Shown here: positions 26,024-35,170 of the stretch, piece by piece
Numbering within the stretch: the first letter of the stretch is position 1
Layout of the letters: the number at the start of each line of letters is the position of its first letter
NCBI GenBank assembly: GCA_002633005.1
Contig: NMRA01000641.1
Coordinates: forward strand, 48,361-112,360
Source: Phoronis australis
Lineage: Eukaryota > Animalia > Phoronida
Reading direction: 5' to 3'
DNA length: 64,000 nt
Notes under the pieces: model-generated
Database searches by the model: none
The model's input: only the letters and a program-made list of their open reading frames with translations
Told to the model about the DNA's origin: nothing
Program-made: the position numbers and the translations under genes

Positions 26024-26688
26024 TGTCACGTTTTCCCCTTGTGTGGATGGGCGCAGGTTGTTACAGACCGGTGCCAATAGCTTTCGGTGCGACGATAGAA
26101 TGAAGACTGGTTCGAGTTAATCCTTTATTAACCCCGACCGTATGTTCACAAGCCTACTCAAACAAAACGTCCGACGTAATGTCTGTTCATGCTCCAGCCA
26201 GTGCTGCGAAGCCTTGACTTGTGATGAACTTCTGAGACACGTTCAGCAACTGTTACACTCGTCGATTCAATAACCTGCTGTCTCTATAGCTGGCTCTCTA
26301 TTGACTATCTCTGTAACTGCTGATTCGCTTCACTGCAACTTAACTGTAGATTTCCTGATTAACTTTCTTGAACTGTTGATTATCTGACTTGATCTCCTAA
26401 CACAAACCCGTGCTTGTGTATTTATAGCCTAATGCATTGTTCTGGAACTTCAGCAATTCAAGCACATTCTAGAACTTTCCTGAATCTACCCAATCATTCT
26501 ACAAACATATACTAGTCTCTAGAATATTCCAGACTACATCAATCACTGTCATGCCAGAGTCTTCTAGAAAGTTTCACACTATTTTGTAGTAAACAAATTA
26601 CATCATCACTGTATTTAACTCAGGGGTCATGACAATCAAACAGAATAACAAAACAAAACAAAACAATACAGCTGTCTATATTCTGACA
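26024..26688 (-). mobile_element. Inverted solo LTR of the same Gmr1-like family, with an internal deletion
   Basis: Reverse complement of both ends of 18560-19518, TGT...ACA termini, flanked by ACTTG/GCTTG (imperfect 5-bp TSD). Confidence 0.85.
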
Positions 26689-26811
26689 GCTTGCAAGAGT
26701 CAACAATAACACATTACTTCAGTAAACATCAAAATTTCCAATTGAAAAATTTACCAAGAGTGCTTCCGCCATATTTGATTGAGGTGGCTGCATACGACTT
26801 CAGTTTTCAAG

Positions 26812-26982
26812 AAAATTAATTGTTCAGAGTAAACACCCTTGAGGGGCGACCTGCTTACAACAGAACAAAATTAATTGTTCAGAGTAAACACCCTTGAGGG
26901 GCCACCTGTTTACAACAGAACAAAATTAATTGTTCAGAGTAAACACCCTTGAGGGGCCACCTGTTTACAACAGAACAAAATT
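26812..26982. repeat. 55-bp tandem repeat, 3 copies
   Basis: AAAATTAATTGTTCAGAGTAAACACCCTTGAGGGGC(C/G)ACCTG(T/C)TTACAACAGAAC at 26812, 26867 and 26922. Confidence 0.95.
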
Positions 26983-27694
26983 CAGATCTGTTTCCAAAAA
27001 AAAAACAAACTTTGGAACATCACAACCTATTAATTTTTCATACAAATTGATCATACATAATAAAGATATTTACTTTTCATACAAATGAATAGTGCGACAC
27101 CCAAGGCAGTGGTACATCATGCCCGGGGGTATAGTAATGGACAGTAGTTGTTTGATTTTTAGCTGACCCTATGACACAAGATTGTTGCCCTTATTGATTG
27201 ATGGAGGAGACTGTTTTGTAAATAGTTCTCTCAATCTGAATCCTGATTGGCACCCACGTACCATTAATCAAACTAGACAATGCCAGTGAGGCAAACCAAC
27301 TTGAAAAGCACTGTTGCAACTCAAAGGGTCGCAGATATCTTAAATATTACTGTAAAGATTTCCTAAAACTTCTGCATATGCTATATGGGCAATCACCAAT
27401 CCAATGCCGTCTATACTCTATAGAAATTTTACCAAGCGATTCCTACCCAATTCGACTCCTACTCAGGCCATGTACCATATTTTATTTATAAATAACGGCA
27501 ACATTGGGCAATGTTCGTAGACATGAAATGGCTGTTTCGAAATCAAGCATTGCCTTACAAAATAACACTGTTTTGAAACACATGTGTACATTGATATGAG
27601 TCCGAGTTGACTTGGCCCTTGAGTACGAAAATGACGTGACCTGTTCTATAACCTATAGAATTACACCCCCCCCCCCAGCTCTGAGGTGAGAAAG

Positions 27695-27925
27695 AAGCCT
27701 AATTTATAAAATTGCGCTTCTTTCATCCTCTTCTTTACACTTCACGGTCGAGTATTTCAAAGAGGCTATCATACACCTATTCACTCTATAGTAACACCGA
27801 GCTCAGTCTCAGAGGAGCAGAAGACACATTTGTGCAATGCTCAATTGTCTGCCAGTGAAAGCCAGGATTCGACTGGGTCTCACAAACGGGAGTCTGGAGC
27901 TCAAACCACTGAGCCACAATGTCTT
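27695..27925 (-). mobile_element. tRNA-derived SINE-like remnant
   Basis: Minus strand: TGGCTCAGTGG (A box), AGTCGAATCC (B-box-like), 3' end AAGCGCAATTTTATAAAT. Confidence 0.5.
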
Positions 27926-28750
27926 AGCAAATAATCAGAGACCAAACACTTTTGAGTGCTTTGCTAAAATGCAAAAAAAAAACGGTTTTTATCACTGAAA
28001 CTGGTATTTATCCACGGCTGAAATACGGTTCACTAATGGGTACGTGGGCGCCTGGGACTGACCGGTAAAGCTGCTGAATTTTGTATTAAATAGACCAAGT
28101 AATAATTCGCGGTTGCAGGATACAAATCAATAATATTCTCACCAGTCACTAACATCCCATTGCAACTCCTGCGTACCTTCTGCCAGTGGATGTTCGCTGG
28201 ACGAACCGACTGGGGCTGAGTCTTCGACGACCAGAGCAAGAGGATCGAGGGAGAACGGCCCCACTACAGAAGAGCTGAGAACAAAATTGTTCCTATGGTA
28301 TGTATCACCTCCTCCTCTACGTCCGAAAGGTAGGAATCATTTGAAAAGTCCACAAGTCCGTTCCTGTATCTTTCAAAGTATTCCTCATCTACGTTGCTGT
28401 ACTCACTTGGACACATACAGCCGATTTCATAAAGGTGGTTTAACAAAACCAGGTTTAAGACTTAAACCTGGTCTTCCTAAACCTGGTCTAATTTTAGACC
28501 TAACTTGCATTTCACCATCATGGTTTAAGAGTCTGAAAGCCTGGTTTTGCTAGACCAGGTAGCCGGTTCAGTAAAACCAGGCTTAAAGTATCAAAGGCAC
28601 CCCACTGTGTAGAGCCTGGTAAACCCAACAAAAAAGCTATTGAAGTGCTTCAATGGAATTGTGATCACGTGGGTTTCAATGACAGCTAGCACACAGTTGT
28701 AGGTAAAATCAGTGCAGAAGTATTTTCGTGGTGGCTCTGTCATCAATAAA

Positions 28751-30292
28751 ATGAGCAGAAAAAGGTCGGAAAATTTTTCTCCTGAGGAAAAACGTTTTCT
28801 CACAGAAGTCATTGCAGAAAAAATTGATGTAATAGAGAACAAGAAAAGTGACACCAGAACAAGTCAACGGAAGCAACAGGCTTGGAGGGACATTGGGTAC
28901 AGACTGGCTGCACAGTTCCCCCAATCAGAAAAACGCAACGATAAACAGATAAAGGACTTTTGGAAACGCTAAAAAATGAAGGCCAAAAAGGAATTTTCAT
29001 CACTAAAAAAAGCTGCAAAGGAAACCGGCGGAGGACAAAAGGAGGTGGAACTCAGTCAGGAAAATCAGGTGGTGTTAGACTTGATCCTAGATGATGACGT
29101 CGTCAGTCCTGCCCGAAATGCTTACGACGATGACGCCCTGCATAGCCAGTCAGCCTAGACTGTACGGAGTCTGAGGGACACACTGCAACAGGTACGGGTC
29201 AACATTTGAATGTGCTGTCTTCTTGTCAGCCACGGTCGATGCAGTCTACAATAACTCAGATGCTACAGGGAGAGCAAATCCCAATGTGCTCAAGGAGCCT
29301 TGTACCCGGGACGAGCCGCGAACTGAGTAGACAGCAGACACCGTCTCCCCTTTCGAGTCCCGCACGTGGTTCGAGTACACTGAGTACACCGCGTGGCAAC
29401 CAAGAACAAGTCTACTGTACCCCCTACTCAGAGATAAGTAGACAAGGTACGCCACAAAGCTACCAAGTTCCATTTCGCCTGAGAAGCCCTGTTGGTGCTA
29501 GAAAAGCAATGGAGTCAGAAAAGCAGTCAAATTCCCGAGGTACAACTGTAGGCATGCAGTCTTTTCCGTGTATGAACCTACATGTAAGTCCCGTTCATGG
29601 AAAGCGTTTTTGCGGAAATACTTGCGGAAATATTTTCCGTATCATGGGAAATTTTGTGCATTAGAACAAAAATTGCGGAACCACTGCAGTTATTCAGACG
29701 CCTCGATATTTAACGCCATTTTCCTTGACAAAGTCACATGAACGGGACTTGCATGTTTCGTAATTATTAAAATAAACGATTAAAAACAAAGTTATCTTAA
29801 TTAACGTTTAATATGGGCGTGGTTGTTTTGCATGGCGGCATGAATGATGTATATGACAAATGATATTTCATTGGCCCTTTGTTTCAGAAAGTTATAGGCG
29901 TTGAATACTTATAAACCAATCATCGAGGGGAATTAACCATTAATGTTGGAGCCAAGAATTCATAATTAAATTTTTGACTTTTCGTGATTTAAAATGTCCG
30001 ATTAACGAAGACTCGTTGTACTGTATCAATTTTCCTCACATGTATATAGATACATGAAACATTTACAACCAAAAAAACCACTGTCAGTGACTCTATTTGG
30101 CTTTCAATCCAATTGATATATTTTGTTTCAGCTTCTACGCGTGCCAATTATAACAACGAAATTGTACCTGTCGAAATTCTTACAATGAGACGCAAAGAGC
30201 ATCACAGGAGGATGGAAGTTATGGACCTCAAGGAAAGAGTTCTTCTTTTGAAAGAAAAGAAACTACAGAAAGAAATAAGTACATTAATGTAA
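28751..30292 (+). pseudogene. Harbinger Myb/SANT-like DNA-binding protein, two exons (28751-29539, 30132-30292), disrupted
   Basis: MSRKRSENFSPEEKRFL...KQQAWRDI...RNDKQIKDFWKR*KMKAKKE...KETGGG. In-frame TAA at 28970 and a frameshift near 29150. A phase-1 GT..AG intron leads to the coiled-coil tail RRKEHHRRMEVMDLKERVLLLKEKKLQ. Confidence 0.85.
29580..29756. mobile_element. Small MITE inside the Harbinger Myb-gene intron
   Basis: 20-bp TIR ACATGTAAGTCCCGTTCATG / CATGAACGGGACTTGCATGT (one mismatch). Confidence 0.7.
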
Positions 30293-30462
30293 GAAAGAAC
30301 ACTGGTTATTACCGTGTAATCAGATTTTGTTAAATTTTGACAAGTGTATCAAACATATATTCGTTGTTTTCAGTTTGTGAGAACAAAATAGATGAATATA
30401 AGTATTTATATACACGATATAGGAGTTTATGACTTGTTTACAATTCACACACTTCTTTGTTA

Positions 30463-31527
30463 TCACGCGAAATGGTGTTGAATCAGCAAACGTCTAAACA
30501 CTAGTCCTCTTTGCCCGTCATGTGTAACAACATTGATGTTGACGTCCTCATCATCACCATCATCTTCTTGGGGAATGAAATCTTCGTCCCCGTTCAATCT
30601 TGACATGTTGTGCAATACACACAGCGATACAATGATTGCCTGGGCAGTGTGTGTTCGGCACCTAAGTCGAGAATCTATGCTGATGCAAGGAAAACGTCTC
30701 TTGAGTGTCCCAAAAACCCTTTCTATGATATTTCGAGTACGTTTGTGGGCAGCATTATAACGCAACTCTGCATCTGTGGTTGGTCGTAGTACAGGGGTCA
30801 GTAGATATCTTTCACACGCATATCCATTGTCGCCAAGAAGTGAACCCCTGATCCTTCCATTTTGAAGCTTTTCTGCCAGTGTGCTGTTGCGAAATATTGT
30901 GCTGTCGTGGGTTGATCCAGGCCAGCGAGTTACTACATTGCGAATCATCATTGATGCGTCGCATACTGCCTGCACATTCAACGAGTAAAACCCCTTCCGA
31001 TTGACGTACGCTGCAGGATTCCTGATTCCTCGTGGGCAAGCAATTCTGATGTGTGTACCGTCAATACAACCGACAACTCCAGGGAAATGTGCAACGTGAA
31101 AAAAATGCTGTTTGATTCTGTTGGCTTCTGTCGGATCGGGCATATTGATGTATTGTGGTTTCAGTGATGCGATCGCCTCGCTTACCCTCCGCACAATCCT
31201 GCAGACAGATGCCACACTAATGCCGCTCAGGTCGCCCGCCACGCGTTGATAGCTGCCGGTTGCATAGAATCGCAAACAGGTAAGCACCTGTAGCTCTGGC
31301 GTAATACTCTGGTTTCTCAGGGTTAGAGGTGCTAGCTGGTTTCTGACCAGTCTTATGACGTCTCTCATTGTCTGTTTTGTCATTCGGAACCGCTTTTTGA
31401 AATCTGTCTCGTCGTAAAATTCAAAATAGTTTACTCTCGCTCTGAAATTGCGTCGGCGACGCACGCCGCGACGTCTTTCACCTGCTCGATAGAGCACATG
31501 TATATCTCGCAAGTCTGAGTCAGCCAT
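30463..31527 (-). CDS. Harbinger DDE transposase (HARBI1-like family), intact, 354 aa
   Basis: FKKRFRM, LRFYATG helix-turn-helix region, and catalytic motifs GCIDGTHI, LLGDNGY and NIIERVFGTLKRRF, followed by LCVLHN. Single uninterrupted ORF. Confidence 0.95.
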   Translation of the reverse strand: MADSDLRDIHVLYRAGERRRGVRRRRNFRARVNYFEFYDETDFKKRFRMTKQTMRDVIRLVRNQLAPLTLRNQSITPELQVLTCLRFYATGSYQRVAGDLSGISVASVCRIVRRVSEAIASLKPQYINMPDPTEANRIKQHFFHVAHFPGVVGCIDGTHIRIACPRGIRNPAAYVNRKGFYSLNVQAVCDASMMIRNVVTRWPGSTHDSTIFRNSTLAEKLQNGRIRGSLLGDNGYACERYLLTPVLRPTTDAELRYNAAHKRTRNIIERVFGTLKRRFPCISIDSRLRCRTHTAQAIIVSLCVLHNMSRLNGDEDFIPQEDDGDDEDVNINVVTHDGQRGLVFRRLLIQHHFA

Positions 31528-32410
31528 CTTTAAAAGTGTTAAACCTGGGTATGACCAAGTCTAAAGTTAATCCTGGTTTATGATCTTAATACAGGTCTAA
31601 GTAATATATACCTCGTTGGTGAAATGAAAACTGACTTAGACCGGGTCTAAACTGGAGTTAAACCAGGTTTTACAAGACCACTGGTCTAAAAGTTAAACCA
31701 CCTTTATGAAATGCAGATTATCTTTAAACCTGGTCTAAGCCCAGTTTAAACCAGGTTTAACTTTAAACCACATTTATGAAATCGGCTGATATTGTTTTCT
31801 TTGTGTTCCCCTACACCACGTCACAGATGTGTACCGAACGAAAATGGCGCCGTTACTTTTTTCCGTTACAACAATGGCGTTACAACACCACTGCACTAAA
31901 TATGTAAATCACTTTGTATAGCGACACACAATTCAGTTAACGTTAAGAATTAAGTAATTACAATTATAAACAAGTATTTAGACTATATTGTTGTTCAGAT
32001 TGCTTTGGATCTTGCAAGTTCCTCTTTAAGATTGTATGGGGCTCTTTTACTTCGTGGAGACTGGCTGGAACAGGGATGCTAATTACATTTAGTTTCGACC
32101 CGGCCTGGTTCCGGTGGGGGAGGATGAGGCGTAGCCGCCCTAAACTTTTCAGACGCGCTGTGAAATGGGATGCCGATCTTGACATGGGTTTGATAAATGA
32201 ATCGCGGTTAATAATTCATCAATATTTCTACTTCATATTCTTTTAAAAATGCACATACGTACTCACTTTTCCGTATTCGTAAAAAATGTGGGCAATTTCG
32301 TATGTGCATGAAATCCAAAGTGTTTTAGTACACGGGTGTTGTTTTTGGTATAGGTACACCACTTAGAGCATCTAATAACCGAATTATCGTTAGTGTTGCA
32401 TGTAAAAGTA

Positions 32411-32948
32411 GATATAAAAAGTCACTTACTTAGAGACGTGGTTGGTGTTTAGCAGACGTTTCGACCTGGTCCGCCAGGTCTTTGTCGATGAATGAGGTAT
32501 TTCCCGCCTTTGGCTCGTTAAGAATGCTGGAGTACACGGGGGGGGGGCTAAGTGGAGTCTTCTGTCCCGGTTTCGGAGGGGCGCTGACTGTTGATGTTTA
32601 TGGCCTCTTTGAGCTTACGAGCATGCCAATTTTGTTCCTTGGCTAGGATCCTGGATGACGGAAGTGAGATGGTGTGCCCAGTCACCAAAATATGTTCCCC
32701 CCACAGCTGTTGGTCTGTCTAGTTTCAGATGTTCTTTGAATCTGGTAAGGAACGATCTCTTGGTTTTTCCAGTGTAGGTGTGGTTGGTTCAGCTGGTATA
32801 TGATCCCACATTGCTTAGCCATTGGGATTGGGCCTTTGGGTTTGACTAGTAGGGAACGGAGGGTGTTGATAGGCTTCACGTCTCTAAGTAAGTGACTTTT
32901 TACATCTACAATGCCTCTAGAGACCAATGATGAACCTATTCTCCAGAA
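32411..32948 (-). mobile_element. 5'-truncated Penelope-like retroelement (GIY-YIG region, degenerate hammerhead); duplicate at ~35869-36406
   Basis: VKPINTLRSLLVKPKGPIPMAKQCGIIYQL and ILAKEQNWHARKLKEAI on the minus strand. GACCTGG-CGGA-CCAGGTC-GAAACGTC hammerhead-like motif at ~32455-32490. Flanked by the TTGCATGTAAAAGTA direct repeat. Absent from the paralogous arm (~57440). Confidence 0.8.
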
Positions 32949-34614
32949 TTGCATGTAAAAGTACATAAATTACTCATGAATCCGAAGTTGTACATATTTT
33001 CGGAAGAGTGATCCTCTGGAGTCGGGTGAACCTTCGAAGTATTGAACTTTCGGAATAGTAAACCTTAGGAGCAGTGAACCTTCGAAATAGTGGGCTGTTC
33101 CCATGTAAGCAACTTAAGTAACACAATCAGATAAAAAAATTGTCAAGTCATTCTCCGACTAAATATTTCCGTCCCAGCATGTAATGTGGTGCAATCACTC
33201 ATTTAAGCACGCTTGATTTGAAAGCTTGGCAGGAGGTAAGGCGAGAACGTTCTCTTCCTGGACCACACAACATCTGAACTTGAGTTGCTTTTTGGGAACC
33301 ACCGTCACGGCATCCTCATTTCTGACATCACGAATTCCGTCTCATCTCAGGAGCATAGAGCTTAGAGTCTTCGTCGTATGTGCGGATTTCTCTTCACCTA
33401 ATTAAGCTGCATCAAGAGCTTTACCTAAAATTCCACAAAGTCGACGTTTGCAAAATATCAAAGGTCCACCATTCTAGAAATTCGAACCACTCCCACGCAA
33501 TGCTAGCTATGGACCTGTTTTGATAAACCCAAGCTATCAGAAACAGTTTGCTTATTGATGACAAAAACCTCTGTAAGTAAAGTGATTTACAGAATTATTT
33601 ATATCGCATTTCTTTGGCGAAAAGAGCTGTTGTTTACTAGTAAATCAATAGAGAGTGAGAAGGTTGGTCAGATTTTCTTATTGTCATGGTACATGTATAT
33701 GTGTTGCCTATTTTGCACGAGTTTGGAGATTGGGATTTAAGCCCCAGTTGTGGCTAGGTAACAGATATGATCTCGTGGTCAGGATGTAACTTACCTGAAA
33801 TTTTTACTATTATTGAGAAGAGGAACAGTGGGCATATGAAATTAAAATTTGGTCTTGTCCTCTAAGTCTTTTTAGTTCAGTGTTGTATGAAGTTGTGTGG
33901 GTAGTGAATATTTTGATTGCTGTTCAGTACCTCTTAAAATATTTTGCCATGGCATTTTGAACTTCGACTAGTTGTGAGTAATGATATACTCAATGTTAAT
34001 ACGTTTTTGTAATTTGTGAGCAAGTTCGGCCCCTGGCCTATTAGCCTCATGTCAAATGGCCCAACTTGCCCCGCTACCTCATCAATCACTGACTCGGAGG
34101 AATTTGAAGAAACACGTGTCCTGTCTTGAAGAGCAAGCTGTTGTTAAAACCCACGAACAAAACATTTTTACATCAATGCTCACGGCTTATGGCCAGCACT
34201 AAATCCAATGAAGCTCCAAAATTTACTCACCTGGGTTAAAAACCAATCGTTGCCTGTCAGATCAAGAAAAACACTCCTCCTTCGACCAGCGTGGTTTTAG
34301 TGTAGTGGTACAAGTCACGTGATTGCTCAAAATGACTGAGGCTGAAAGTGCCCATATGTGGCCTAACTAGCCCCGGGGCCGAAATAGCCCCGCTCTCCCC
34401 TACCCTGGTGCATTGAATAGGGAACACATGCGAAATTGTTGGGTGGGTATGAAACCAGCAGTAAGCTGGGATCACCATGTAATGAAAAGTTGGAAGATAC
34501 CCAAGACGGCAATGACATAACCACAGGGGCATGGCCACCGCTCATTACAAAATGTCGTTGGGGGTCATGCACAAATCGAAGGCCAATCTTATCACCATCT
34601 CAGCACATGTTGTN

Positions 34615-35170
34615 CATCGTGTCCGACAATGGTCCGCAATATTCGTGCCATGATTTTGTAAGATTTTGCAAATCATGGGATATTGTTCACACAACTAGCA
34701 GTCCTGGCAACAGTAAAGCCAACGGTAAAGCAGAGTCTGCCGTGAAAACTGCTAAGCGCATATTCAGGAAATGTAAAGATTCCGGTAGTGATGTTGATTT
34801 AGCTATGTTAGATCACAGAAACACTCCTACCCAAGGTTTGTTATCTAGTCCCGCACAACGCTTGATGAGTAGAAGGATCAAAACAATGCTGCCTACAGCT
34901 ACTTCATTACTCAAACCTGAAGTAGTTAGTCAGAAGCACACAGATCGCGACCTGAAGCGTCAACAACACAAACAAGCACACTATTATAACAAATCCGCAA
35001 AAGAGTTGTCTGTTTTGGAAGAGGAAGATTCTGTGCGTTTGCAACCCTTTACACTTGGTCAGAAAGAATGGACCAAAGGTACTATTTTGAAACGGCTTGA
35101 CGAGCGATCGTACTCTATTGAAACCCCGACAAGTGTTGTTCGCCGAAATCGCCAACACATAAAGTCGTCA
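34615..35170 (+). pseudogene. Gypsy integrase core/C-terminal fragment
   Basis: IVSDNGPQY...HTTSSPGNSKANGKAESAVKTAK...RNTPTQG..SPAQRLMSRR...VVRRNRQHI. Open frame, begins at the N join. Confidence 0.85.

Larger units (their letters stand above)
25635..28416 (-). pseudogene. KolX-like (P2X7 C-terminal cysteine-rich domain) multi-exon gene of the large Kolobok
   Basis: Exon 1 (28416-28143): MCPSEYS...VGPFSLDP...QWDVSDW|GTGAG. Last exon (~26020-25635): TCGNCQTTPVVDERICCQE...INRDVLETAW...LAYRQFQRWVHGHLERTVGVVIPA*AVACIRGVYPPPG, matching the C-x-C-x2-C...CC-x-E / AYRQF..W...L......IP.C.V..IR..YP signature. Possible middle exons at ~27652-27434 and ~26859-26756. Confidence 0.8.
28418..31788. mobile_element. 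PIF/Harbinger transposon, full length (~3.37 kb)
   Basis: 26-bp TIR CAGCCGATTTCATAAAGGTGGTTTAA (one mismatch at the right end) flanked by ATA on both sides. Many subterminal AAACC(A/T)GGT motifs. Convergent Myb-like and DDE genes. Confidence 0.93.
16557..32025 (+). mobile_element. Decayed autonomous-type Kolobok DNA transposon with multiple nested insertions
   Basis: Flanked by TTAA (16553-16556, 32026-32029). Inverted termini TTGCAAGGTCCAA / TTGGA(T/C)CTTGCAA..TCCTCT, with the left tip eroded. The subterminal motif GTGAC.TGGTGT.GGGGAACACAAA is inverted at both ends (~16706, ~31825). THAP gene on the plus strand, KolX-like gene on the minus strand. Absent from the paralogous site at ~57828-57837. 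Confidence 0.8.

Noticed and set aside
26812-26982. Possible CRISPR array
   Set aside because: Head-to-tail 55-bp units with no unique spacers, eukaryotic context and no cas genes.
30463-31527. Host HARBI1 gene
   Set aside because: It lies inside TIRs and a TSD with a Myb partner, so it is a transposon copy; no gene symbol assigned.
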